Notes: generated by a model from the sequence alone, not told the origin. Positions 48,301 to 61,129 are shown, counted from the first letter of the stretch. The stretch is 64,000 nt of DNA from Balanoglossus misakiensis (GCA_040954595.2 CM082588.2:856613-920612); one strand, 5' to 3'. Made by a program: numbers and translations.

Positions 48301-50342
48301 GATGACAGCTCTGCGTAATTCAGGAGTACCTACAGTCTCCGAGATGTAGATTTGGGTCCAACAGCTTTCAATGGCAATGAAGATATGACTTGTGGGCAGC
48401 AAAATTTATAACTTTTATTTATAAAGCAAACTGTAAAATCGTCACATGATTATAAATTCGCAATCCAATATTTACGATGATGTTATATGCCGAATTTAGA
48501 AAATGGACCCGCTAATTTTACCAATGCCGATGGTGTGAAAATACATGAAAATAAAGAAGAAAACATTAATACAAACACCATCTGGTAGAATCTCTCCTAG
48601 AATTACCGGATGTGAAATACTAGTATGTACCGGTACAAGTAAACATGTTGAATGTAAATAACGTCTCTCCCATTATGTCAATATCATGTAATGAACCATA
48701 TAAGCATGTACAGAAAGCATGTTCATAAATTTCACATCGGTCGAATCATCCGACGTTCTTGGAAAAAAAGTTTACTTGGGTTGTAATAGGCGCCCCCTAT
48801 CGATCATACGGGGTATATTCTCATCCAGAAGTTCGGGTCAGATGCGGATGTCGGGCAACTCATCACTTCTGAAACTTGGTGAAAAAAACGATGGTGAGAC
48901 GGGAAATGGACAATGCTTGACGCGTAAGTAGATGCTGTAACATGGAGCTTAAGAACAGCGTTCATGAGGGGGTAGAAAAGAGGCAACGTTACTCGTGGTA
49001 CCGTGTTGCTTGCTTGTTCAGGGTTCTGTGAGATGTGAAATGAATGGGTAAATCAAATGTTTGTTTGCGTAATGTTACGCAGCGCATGAACCTCCATGCA
49101 ACCCGCCATTCGATTGACATGCTTCCGGTCATGGAAGGCTACCACGCTTTAACGTGGTGGACCACGTCCCAAAAGTCAACGGTGAATTCTACACCACAGT
49201 ACTAAAACCATGACTTGTTATTCTTAACTTAACAAGTTATCTTTGAGTTTGAGAGCATGGTGTAATACGTCAGTGGGTTCGTCCTGATTTCATGAATGGA
49301 ACCGTTGAACAGGGTAGGGTGACCTTTTGGCCGGTCATATGCAAATCAGGGGTGTCTTGGAGATATGTCTCCATAGCACATTCCTGAGGATTGCTGTCAT
49401 TAGCATATAATAATGGAGTTGATAAAATTGGCATTCTTTTAAGACCCTAACATTTTCGACAATAAATGGGCACAACGTCTTGAGAAATGACGACAGAGAA
49501 AAATAATGATATTCAATTCTCTCATCGTCGAGCTGCGCCATCTTGATGTTTTAAGTGGAACGATGCTTTTCAGAATAATGGCTGTTAACAGAGAGGGATG
49601 TTAAAACTTGATTGCTTTAGATTTTATCAATATTTCCTCGGATGAAATTGTTCTCAAGAAAATGTATGCAGAGGGTTTACAGAATTTTTGTCGAACTATT
49701 GTATGTAAATGATGTACATCCCGGGGCGTCAAGATTATTTCATTCATTGGCATATGGCCGCAATGTGAGCGAACATTGAAACGAATATGTGTGATGTTTA
49801 ACATTATCTGCTCTGCTAAAATTCTCATGCAATTATTTAAGCCCCATGACTATTAATATTAATTATTATCAATTAATTTTGGTGAAAAAGGACAATAGTG
49901 ATAGTTGGGCTCTTGGTGGTTAGTGTAGTGGTGTGACGATACAGACACTACCTCTGACTAGCTATTCCATGCCATAACTGGGAGCAATCTTGTATCACAT
50001 TTCAGCTATACCCGTTACCGTTTCATCAGTTGTTACCAAATGAGATGCCACTCTGAGATCATCATCCACGTTGTCTAGTCAGTGGTTACCACGGAAACAG
50101 TGGGAAACAGACAGTGAAAGTATTACCAGTTTCGAAAAAAACTTCTCAACACAGTAACCACGATATCACAACCATAAGGTAGGGGAATTTTCTACAAATC
50201 TTACCTGTTCTACTGTAATGGAGACATTAGCATTCCCATGATATTGATTTCATGTTTGAAAGCTGTTAATTTGTGTCACCTTATTCAAAGTACATGCACA
50301 CACTCTATTTGTTTTATTTATTGTAGAGCTGTACAGAAAACC

Positions 50343-52633
50343 ATGGAAACCCAACAAGAGAAGGCACAAGTTGCTCAGAAACCAGCTAAAAAAGGCACAT
50401 TGTCAAATGGTTGGTACTCATAGTTTCTTATTTCAAACTTAAAGATATACATGAGCTGCAACTGGATAAAAAAAAAAGTGAAAACATGTCCTTTGATGAG
50501 ATGTTATTCTATTGTTTTCCAGAAAGTCAGCATTCTCCAGACAGAAGGACGAATCTTGGCCAAGGCATACATGTAGCAACAAGTGCTCACCATCCCTATG
50601 CTCTGGCAGTGTTACCAATGGGCCCACCACACCATGGATACGACCAGGTTAGATATGGTGTCGGCCATTTTGATTATGCTTTGAAGATGCCACTACAGCA
50701 GATGGCATCCATGGAATGGTTTCCGTCGTTTTCCAGTCAACCTCCAGGATTTCCCCGAGACCAGCTGATGAGATGGACTTATTCACCTCATGGTGTACCA
50801 GGTGCTCATTTAAGCAGTTGCTATGACAACCAAGTTGATAGTTCCAGAGATATTGGGATACAGGATTCTGCACAACGTCGCCATGGCATCAAACTGAATG
50901 CTGCAAATGAAAGGACAGTAGAACAGACTCCAGGAGAAGAATCTTTGATGGAGAATTCAGATCTCTTTGATAGAGTAAGTGGTAGTAGTACGGTATCCAG
51001 GCAACCAGTGATGCCGGTGTATGGAGAGGGCCAGAAAGTTCCAGTCTATTCTCAGAGGCAACGAAGCAGACCAAAAGGAACCATGGGACCACAGAACACA
51101 TCCCCTCAACTGCATGCTGTACCAGGACTTCCCACATACGTGACAGCAAAAGCCAAGACACAACTCAAGACTGACACTAACAACAATCATCATTCGGGTC
51201 TTTCTGACCGAGAACCCCAAAATGAAAGCAAACGACCCACAATGCAGAGCAAATTACAGAAAAGCCGATTCCAAGGTGACAACATTTACAGAGGGGGCAG
51301 AAAATCGAGTACAAATGCATATGACAACATACAGATGCTAGCAAGTATGGCTGTGCAGAGAAGTGAAGATAACTGTATACCACAAGATGATGATGATCTG
51401 AAGAAGGTAGAGATGAAGTCACCTGGTCGCTCTGATCATGTGAGATACTCATCATCTGCGCAAAAGAACAATGTTGGCAAGACTCTTGGGTGTTTGGTGG
51501 AACACATTATACAGCAGACAGTTCCAAGTGATGACAATGGTAGCAGTGATGCATCTGTAGAAAATAAAGAACATACCCGGGATTCTGAAGGTTTGTATCA
51601 AACAAAGGACAAGAACCGAGCAGTAGGAGGAAGTCCATCAAGAATTGAGGGTAAAAACAGAAAGAGTGACTCTTCAACTAAAACTGTGACAAAGGGAAAT
51701 GGGGACTCAAGTCTTACTTTCAGTGAAGTGTCCTGCAGTGACTCTGTTTCCCGTCAAAGAGGAAAGAGGGCGCTGTCCTATCAGACTCCGCCCCTCCACA
51801 AAGGGAATTCGTACCAGAGCTGTGACCAAACTTTGCATGAGCGCTCTGTAGACAACTGTTGCCATAGAAACTTGCCTGCAACAGAACAGCAGCAAATGCA
51901 TCTGAATGATCCAAATCAAGTGAACACAGTTAAAAGGCGTGGCACAGAAAATTCTGCTGAGAATCATCTGCCAGCCAAGAAGCGAAGGATTTGTCACGTC
52001 AATGACATCGCGAGCAAAGACTATTGGATGTGTACACCTAGAGACACCAGCATTGATCTTGATGTAAACAATGACACTCATGGTCAAAATGATAGTCACC
52101 ATGTCAATGATAAGCATAACAGTCACCATGACAACAGTCAGCAGCACAATCACCATGGACATACCAGTACCAGTGCCAGTATAGCTACACTGCCATTCAC
52201 ACAAAAAGTCCAAAGTTACCACTATCCACAAGACAGATTTACATTTCCGCAAGAAGCTTTCCCAGACAAATTAACTGGTTTGGGAAATGTCTCCATGGAA
52301 AACCAATCCATACCTGCGTATAAATTGGGTTATAATTCCATGCGGAATTTTTGGAGTCAACGCCCTGGACCTCAGCCAACTGTTTTCAGTTTCCCACCAA
52401 GGTATCATCCATGTCAAAGGTCAACACAGCAAGAACCAATGCCTGCTGTTCCATACCCCTCGTATCCATGGCAATCAAGATATCTCCCTCATACTGGTTA
52501 CCATGGATATGTAAACGCTTCCTTGAGTGGCCACAGTCATTACAAAGAAGCATACGAAGGTGGAAGTGAAGTTGATGGCTGCAAATCTGGTGAATTTGAG
52601 GACCCTGTAAACAACTCAACTAAAACGATTTGA
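50343..52633 (+). CDS. Uncharacterised, largely disordered ~725-aa protein (coding exons 50343-50409 and 50523-52633)
   Basis: 2.1-kb stop-free frame. Upstream exon ACC-ATG-G METQQEKAQVAQKPAKKGTLSN splices in phase 1 to TTGTTTTCCAG|AA AGT CAG. Rich in S/Q/H/P/N, with an NLS-like PAKKRR. No recognisable folded domain. Confidence 0.8.
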
Positions 52634-52841
52634 AGACTACAAACAGACTTGTTTTCAAATCAAAAGGAATGGTGCAGAGGACGGTCATGGTTGTTTTCAG
52701 GTTAACATGTGATAAACAGAAACTGTCAGGTAACCATGGTGACAGTCACTAGTTGGCTTTGAATAGAATTTAATAATTTCTCATTTTATCTTTTGTTAAT
52801 TTATGTCGAGAGGGGGGTGTACATACACCATGCAGTTAGAA

Positions 52842-52924
52842 CCCTCTCACCCCATTTCCCTCTACAGTGGTCTAACTTTGCTGTAAAAACAATGGATTTG
52901 GACCAAACTATTGTGACGAAAGGG
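52842..52924. mobile_element. Degenerate copy of the ~85-bp MITE
   Basis: CCCTCTCACCCCATTTCCC...GGATTTGGACCAAACTATTGTGACGAAAGGG-TTAA. Confidence 0.8.
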
Positions 52925-53325
52925 TTAAACAGACATCTATATCAATCTCTGTGACATCTACCCTACCATAGGAGTGGAACAGGTTGCAAAACACAGTTGA
53001 AAATTGTTTTGTCTGATAGCTGAAAGTATGTTATGTGGCGTAGACTCTGTAAACAAGTTTGTTGCCTGGAGTTTATTGGCTTCAAGTGTTTGTTTACTTA
53101 CAGAAGAATTTGTATTAGACTGGAATAGTTATAAAGTCTTTACAACTAATGGAAGCTACATTTAGAGTTTGTTTTGTAGTTTGATATATAAGGTAAGAGT
53201 GAAAACATTTTAGTTTTTGTGACCTGAGTTCTGTTACTGTTTATTTTTGACAATCATGAGTCAATTAGGTTTTGTTTTTGTGTTGTGTGTGTTGCCTTAC
53301 ATTAAGTTGAAGGCATGGTTAGTGA

Positions 53326-53396
53326 TAGCTCTGAATGGCAGGGCTGTGTGTTTTTAATGGCCGTTAACAACACACATGCCCTGCCATGCAGAGCTA
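53326..53396. mobile_element. 71-bp hairpin MITE with TAG...CTA ends and a 9-bp TSD
   Basis: TAGCTCTGAATGGCAGGGCTGTGTGTT...AACACACATGCCCTGCCATGCAGAGCTA, flanked by GGTTAGTGA at 53317-53325 and 53397-53405. Confidence 0.88.
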
Positions 53397-53504
53397 GGTT
53401 AGTGACAACTACTACGTTTTGTAGGGCAGCATATATCTTTGTTTTGATATTAACATACACAGTCTGTAATCAGTGATGTTGGCATTTTATCTCAGCTTCA
53501 CTGA

Positions 53505-53785
53505 AGTTACTAGTAACTAAAAATGGTTATAGTCAGTAGTGGTAGGGTTAGTTGGTAGTGGATTAAACAGCTATTTACTAGTGGGCGTAATTAGTTGTTT
53601 AATGGTAATAGATACTTGGTAGAGTTTACAGCTAGTTACTACTGGTAGTAGCTAGTTACTAATGATAGGTACATGTAGTTGTTTAATGGTAGGTACCTGG
53701 TAGTGGTAACAGCTAGTTACTACTGGTAGTAGCTAGTAAGTTACTAGTGGTAGTAGCTACATGTAGCAGTAACAGCTAGTAACTT
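53505..53785. repeat. Degenerate minisatellite (AGCTAGTTACTACTGGTAGT-like units)
   Basis: Repeated ACAGCTAGTTACTACTGGTAGTAGCTAGT and TAGTTGTTTAATGGTA motifs. Confidence 0.75.
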
Positions 53786-54943
53786 GTGCTTACAGAGTTT
53801 ATTTTCATCTTGAAAACGCAGCAGATGTTGATATTTTCAGAAGTTTAAACATATATTTTATATTTTGTTAGCTGTGTTACTGTAGGATTGATAGAGTTGC
53901 ATAGCACTATTATAATAATGATCATAGGAGTAGGTGATAGCTTATTCCTTATTGTTGTCGTAAATAGACATATCGTAGACAATAGAAGGTACACTGTAGT
54001 TGTTTTCTTATGTTCAAAATCATGAGTCATTGTTATCGATTCTATGTACTTAACTGTGTTTGTTTTGTTTCTTGAGTAGAAGCAGTCAAAAATGCAAACT
54101 TAGTGATTTTCGAGTTCAGTCGACTTTCCTTCATGTTCAGATTAAAATATAGGAAAAATCTCCTCAGCTAGTCGAGTATTTGTGTAATTAATTACATGCA
54201 TTCAAAACCTGTGCATGCATAATAAATAAGAAATCAAACAACAACAACTTATACATTATAACATATGATTTAATGGTTATGCCTGTACATATAAATGATT
54301 TCACATACACTGCTGTAAGCTTCTATTAATTAAAATGTGTTGAAAACTATGCTAATACATTTATATAACTTATTGAGTTTACCTGTTCTACGATATACGT
54401 CCATTGTACATATAAAATAAATTGTTTCTGATTGGATTGACCAATGTTCAATCTCCTGTAAAGCGAGATTTGCACAGGTCTATTCACACATGCTTTGTTT
54501 GTGACAGTTTTTAGCTGGTCACAAGGACTGTGTGATCATATTTGCTGACAGTCTAATCTCTGCGTGAATCAGCCTCAAAAGAAAGTCACAAACTATCTAC
54601 AAAATAAAAATGTCATACATGTTCAGGGTTTACTTCTTGGGTAAAATCTTCATAAATCCTACATATGCACAAAATGGACTGAATTTACAAAAAGATGAAT
54701 TTCTTGTTTTGACTGAAGTTGTGGTGTGGCATGTGTAACACACAGATGCTAAATATCAATAGTAAATTCATGGTGACATGGGGAAGGGGTGTGACCCCTG
54801 AATCAGGTTCAAAGGTCAAAGTTTACCCGGCAACGACACACAATCCCTTCACACTCCTTGTTGTCTTTACACATAGCAAGACTAAAAACCCCAAATAATT
54901 CAGCAACTGGTATAAAAGAGATTTTTCGAAACTCAGGAATAAG

Positions 54944-56530
54944 TTACATTTGTCTTAATTTGGCTAGTCGCTGTGAGAGTTCATCTTGCTCAGTGGAGGC
55001 AGTACTTGCTTGACCAATAGTGGCTGTCCCTCCTTGAGGTAGTTCCATGTTCAATTCCAATCTGTAAGAAACATAAGACAACTTCTAAGTGGAATTATCA
55101 AAGTCAACTATACAACAGAGCATATCGCCAATCTTTGCAAACACAGATGACTTCGCAAAACAAAAACAAACAACAACTGAATGACATACCCAGCTTCATC
55201 TGCCACTTCTTGCATCAATCCATCCACACTTTGCTGTGGTACGCTTAATGTTGTCGTTGCACTCATTGTGTTTTCCATGTATGCTGACTGGACGTCCAGA
55301 TCTTCAAACTGGCGTTCAAATTTGTCCATTAATCCAGAAACCTGACAAAGACAAAATCAACATTGGGTCATGTTAACGATCTCATATTGTGTGTGGAAAG
55401 TATATGAATTTCTGACCTGTGTGTGATGGTGCATGGAATCCTGAATGGTGTTTGACTTGAGCACACATGATTTGATTTTGAACTTTGAAGATTTTCAGAG
55501 ATCTGAAACAATCTTTCACCTTCTCTAGATTCATAGACCTCATCGCTGAATCCATCGACTTGACAACACCAGCCATTGATGATGTGACTTTCTTCATAGT
55601 GACAGCTGTTTGGACCCTGGAAGCCACGGCATCCACTCTTGCGCTCATCCGTAGAAAATTCAGTGCCTGGTTTTTCTGTCTGATTGAGTTCTCTGCATGT
55701 ATCTTGGCACCTTCCATGTTTCCCTTCTGGATAGCCTGGTAGAAAACATGAACAAAAATGTGTCAGTTGAAAGAAAGTTGCCACTCACACTGATCAAACC
55801 TGCTGCGGAACCCTGCTAATGATCTTGTACTGGAGCGAGTTGGTGTGCTCACCGTCTTACCAGAAATATAATGTGTCAAAGTTAAAAGAACGTCTTACCT
55901 TTTTCAACTTCACTTTTTCAGCCTTCTCTTCTTTTTCACATTTCTTACTCTGCCTATTCAAATCCTTGGCAGCAAATTTTAAATTAAAAAGATGTTCTAG
56001 AAGATCGGTTAAGGTTACACACATCAGTATAATACACATACATTAAAAGTGTCAAAATTGCTACCTTTAGATATCACTTTTGTTTCATTAGAAGACTTGG
56101 TCTATGTTGATCAGGTCACTGAAACACGCTGACTTTTCAGATGCTACAACAAACATACAACATGGACAGATTGTTTACATCATATGTTTATATATGTACA
56201 ATTACAAGTGTTGTCAATTTCACCCATGAAGTATATGCCACCACACCCACAGTTGTGTAACTGCAGTACCAATGGTGGCTTGCCAGTTGGACAGACTCCA
56301 ACCCCAGATACCAGTCAAAATCACAAGAACTCATCACTTTTAAGCGATCCTTTCTCGATGATGATCATAAAGACGTTCAAAGTACCAATCATGTCACTGT
56401 TCCTGGGATCATATTCACTTCCGCATTCACTGCTCAAACAAAGTCAGCAAAATATATCTTCAAAGACGAACAGGATTGAAAGATTTATAAATCTAACCAA
56501 AAGGATACTTTCCATAGCAGATGTCGACAT
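54944..56530 (-). CDS. CHMP1B: Charged multivesicular body protein 1B (ESCRT-III), intron-containing, 5 coding exons
   Basis: MSTSAMEK|HLFNLKFAAKDLNRQSKKCEKEEKAEKVKLKK|AIQKGNMEGAKIHAENSIRQKNQALNFLRMSARVDAVASRVQTAVTM...NLEK|VSGLMDKFERQFEDLDVQ...ADEAG|LELNMELPQG...EQDELSQRLAKLRQM* (C-terminal MIM1). Confidence 0.96.
55997..56508 (-). other. U12-type GT-AG intron 1 of CHMP1B
   Basis: 5' splice site GTATCCTTTT at 56508; branch point ACCTTAAC (56008-56015) about 10 nt before the AG; no long polypyrimidine tract. Confidence 0.92.
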
Positions 56531-57022
56531 TTTGGCGATGTGTACCGGAGGACAGAACTTCCCAACGATGAAAATAATCAACTATATACACTGCAGGTGA
56601 TGATGAATCAGTCGACAGTCATCAGTCTATGAGAAGTAACCTCAATGTTTATTTTTATCCCTGTGAGGTTTATGAGCACATAGAGTGATGACGTCATACC
56701 GATGAATGTATACAAAATCTTTTTCATTAATTGAGAAACTTTTGAAACAAAGATTATTCCACCTTTCTGTAAAATGTATAAACAACTACGCGTAACTTTA
56801 AACACCTAAATCAACAAACAAATAACATAAAAACCGCACTGATGGGAAATGTCACATGATTTTCCTATGCGCATGCTCGGAAGTGTCAGCCATGTTTCGA
56901 CTTCCTGTGGTCTATTTTTTTAATGAAATTGTAGACAGTTATATGCAAAATACTGGAGATTTTTTGGTGAGTTAAGGACATAACAAGACTGCCAAGATGT
57001 TCGTTCTCTAGCTGATAATAAG
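56531..57022. promoter_or_regulatory. Bidirectional promoter CHMP1B/TAB, with the likely non-coding first exon of TAB
   Basis: Head-to-head genes. Palindromic CRE ATGACGTCAT (~56688), E-box GTCACATGA (~56851), NRF1-like TGCGCATGC (~56868), ETS CGGAAGTG and ACTTCCTG; + strand donor AAG|GTAAAT at 57022/57023. Confidence 0.65.
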
Positions 57023-58224
57023 GTAAATATTTGTTTCATTCGATTCATCAATTTTAAGATCGAGTTGCGCTTGGGTCTCTAATTTAGAATCGTGACGAAA
57101 TCTTACTCAGCTCCGCGTACTATAGACTGTCCTTCGTCATCTGCGAGTTGAAAAGTTTAAAGTATTGGTTTTCCTTGTCCACTGATCATCTGCAAGCTCG
57201 ATGTGGAACTTGTGGTCTAGTTTCCCAACTCGTGTACCTCAAGTCGAGAACCTGTGTCTTTGTTTAATCTATGATCGCCAGGATCCTTGTGTATGTTGTC
57301 TGGTAACTTGTAAGTTTCACGACTTCAATAAGTGGGTTGGGCTTCTATTTACATACGTGCATTTGAAAACTGTAAATATGTTACAGACATCACAACATCA
57401 TCATCATCTTCCTAAGATTTTGTAGAGACACGTGTCCGATCATTAGCAAGAATGTGTGTATCGGCCGTGTGAAAATCATAACTTTAGACAAATTGTCTAA
57501 CTTGTAGTTTGTCAGATTTGTAAGTTGATGGATTTGTGTCAGTCTGTGCCAGGGGATCATACACCTTGTAGTAACTTGTTGCTCTGCTGATGCATGACCA
57601 GCCTCTTATGTATGTGTGTAAAGTTGCTAAAAGTTCACATCATGTGATCCAGTGCAATATCAGTGATATTAGATATACTGGTATATAACAATATTCTGTA
57701 GAATTGTTTATAACTCAATAATTAGGTCACTGTGGTAAGACTGTGTGTATTTAGGAATACTACTGAAGTGAACAGAAGTGTATGTTACAGTGATTTGTCA
57801 TTGATTTTGCCAATGTTTAAGAACGTATCTGAGATAAATTCTAGTTGACATCCTCATCCAATTGCTTGACTCTGACTAGGAGGAACTTGGGTAACAGAAT
57901 TAGGGAAGCTACATGTATGATGTACATTTACCCATCTTACATTGCTACTGTCTGACCTCTGAACCACACAGCATCATCTCAGATAATACATTTCCTTGAA
58001 CATATGTTTGTACATGTGTACTTGTATACTGGGGAGGTTGTGAGGTCTGACAATTCTGGTATCTGATATTAAAGATGGTGTGGTTACTTCATCAACCACT
58101 ACCTTTCAATAATTCCACAGCCAAACTTCGTGAGTTGAAACCAAGATAAGCATGTACTACAAAGAAGTATAATAACATTTACAAAATTGGTTTTGATTTT
58201 GCAGTCTGGAATATATGCAAAAAA

Positions 58225-61129
58225 ATGGCAACTGGTGGCACAGAAACGGGGCTACTGCAAACATTAAAACAAAGGTTTCCAGAAATACCTGAGGGAGTTG
58301 TTTGTAACACTATGTATCAGGTAAGTTGAATTGTGAACAGCAATATTTTACTCACTGCAAGAAGATTTTGAGATGGCCCCTAAACAACTAGAGTATGTGT
58401 GTGGGTGGAAATGGCTGTACAACTGATTCTGTCAACAAACCTTTGGTATTTTGAAGTAGATAACACCTTTGATACTAGAATGTTGTGACCTCAAGAATGT
58501 GGGCTCAATCGCAGCCATGAAATTACCCAGAATAATAACTGTGATAAAATGATATGAATAGATACTTCATTACTTGTCGACAGGAAATATCAACATAAGA
58601 TCTGCTGTTACACAAACTTTTCAGAAGCGCAACTAATTATTTTCCTATTTTCATGTGTTTTTTTTCAGAACAGGAATAATCTGGACAGGTGCATTGCAGT
58701 ACTTGAAAGAGAAAGTCCCAAATATATGTATGGGGAGTATCAAAGTGCAGTGACAATGATGCCAGTAGATCCGTTGCAAAATTTACATTTACAAGATAGT
58801 CGGCCATCTTCTGTTTCGAGCACATCAAGTCAAAATGAGGAGAGACGTTTGTCAAATTCGAGCATTGCTAGTGCACCTGGTGCATTGATGCAAGGCGGTA
58901 GCACGCAGGACTTCCGAGGGAGTAGCGAACACATGACAGAACCGCAATCTGCGCCCGTTGTTGCGCCAAGCTACCAACCCTTTGAACAAGGGTTTCAGAA
59001 CAGTCCACCACAGTACACCTCGACGTACTTGACGAACGTGGCCTCGCACCACCAGCACCAACAGCAACAACAACAACAACCACCGCAGCAGCAGCAGCAT
59101 ACTTCGCACTATACGCACTCCCCAGTGCACACTCCGTATAATCGTAGTCCATCAGGAAGTTTTACGACCCCAACCAGTACGACTACGCCTCCGCCATATT
59201 ACCACTCTTCTCAACAACATTATGTCAGTGGTGTGTCAACAAGAAATGCTCCCTACTCGGGCCACGGAACTCCTACAAAACATTACAGCAGTTCAGGGAC
59301 GGCTAGCCCTGTACTGCATCCTCCACAACATTATAGCAGTAGTAGCAATAGGACACTAAGCCAGCATCATTATGGGGGTGGCACTGGCACAACACAACAG
59401 TATGTGCCTGCAGCTGCTGCAACAGGATATGAACAGCAACATTACAGCAGTCACGCTGCAACTCCACAACAGCAGCAGTACACCAGCACAGCAGCTCATC
59501 AGTATCCCAGTCCCGGGGTTGCAGGACACCAACAGTACGCCACTCCGGGCGCTGCAGCGGGACAGCAGCAGTATGGCGGCGGTGTTGGAGTTGCCAGTGG
59601 ACACCAACAGTACACCAGTCCTGGAGGTAGCCATGCGCAGCATCAACAACAGTTTACAAGTCCCGGAACTGGAGGACACTATGTCAACTATACCCCAAGC
59701 AATCAAACACAGTATTCTAGCAGTGCCACGGCGAGTCCATCCCATTCCCACCACCAGCAAAAACCTTACAGTGCAACATCTCTGCATTATTACCCAATAA
59801 ACCAACAAAGTGGACCTACTCATACAAGCAGCTCAACGAACACTCATAATGTGACTTTCCAATTGGCATCACCGTCTCCCCCCACTCCCCCTCCCCTTCC
59901 CCCACCTCCTCCTCTTTCAAACCAAACTGGCAGTTCTGACAGTAGCAATAGAGTCACAAGCACTTACAGATTTACACCGACACAGCCAAAAATTGTGCAG
60001 ATTCTTGGAGGGATCACTGCAAGGGAAAATGAGGACATTTTGAATCGTAGCATAGATGGGACAGCAACTCCACCACCACCAATACAACCACTGTCTCCAG
60101 CATCCAGCCACAGTAGCCTATTAGAGAGTCCATTGGATGAACCGTATTTGCACCATCCAACACCAACCCCATCTCCAGCAGCTGCATCAGGACTTACCAA
60201 AGAACAAGAAGACTATGCATACACGCAAGCACTGCTTCTTCATCAGAAGGCAAGATGTGACCGTCTCTTGAGAGACTTGGAAGATGAAAAGCTCAAACTG
60301 GACAAATCAAGAAGACAAGTAGAGCAGATGGAGAGAGAGTTAGTTGAAAGGAGAGACAGAAGCTCACAATTGCCAAATGTAAGAATATTTACCATCTGAA
60401 TGACAGCCATCCAAAGCTAAATCTTAGAAAAACACAATTGTATCCATACTAGGCAATAGATATGTAAAATGTGTGGTGATGATATTGTTTCGTAACTCTT
60501 CAAACTGATGATTTTGTCTCTTTGTCACAGGCTGAACACATAGGACGACTCCGGCGAGAAAATATATCACTACAAACTGACATACAAATCATGTCAAGAG
60601 AAGTGCAGCTTATCAACAGTGGACAAGGTCAGTTATCATGAGTAACTTATCATGTTGATTTGTTATTGTTAAAATTACTGTACCAGAATAATAATGTTGG
60701 CATATCATTAATTATTGTCGTTCGTTTACAGTACAAACAGCTGAACAGACCAGTAGTTTCTATGGTAACATTGGTTCAACAGGAGCGCCGGGACCGGTAC
60801 CACCGAAACCACCAGATTATTGTAAGTGTGATCTTACTTTTCTGTTAATACACTTGATTTGTTGACTTGTGATCAACCAGAGAATGATTTGATGTATAAC
60901 CAATCTGCTGTTCTCTGTTTTTCTCCCAGCACCATCATCCAAAGCTCAACAACTCCCAAAACCTCAACCGCGACCGTCTTCACAGGAAGTAATCGGTGTC
61001 ATGGCAACACAAGCAGCGGGCGTACTTGAACCTGACGAAAACCAACAATGGAGCTGTGTGCATTGTACTTTTCTCAACCACCCAGCATTAGACAAGTGTG
61101 AATGTTGCGAGATGCCAAGAGTTATCTAG
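58225..61129 (+). CDS. TAB2: TAK1-binding protein 2/3 homolog (CUE - low complexity - coiled coil - NZF)
   Basis: CUE-like LLQTLKQRFPEIPEGVVCNTMYQ|NRNNLDRCIAVLERESPKYMYGE; TAB signature DYAYTQALLLHQKARCDRL; coiled coil; C-terminal NZF QWSCVHCTFLNHPALDKCECCEMPRVI*. Probably the pro-ortholog of TAB2/TAB3. Confidence 0.94.

Noticed and set aside
51707-52252. Antisense ORFs over the orphan gene (similar ones overlap the GPCR, intersectin and TAB exons)
   Set aside because: Shadow ORFs produced by the codon bias of the real coding strand.
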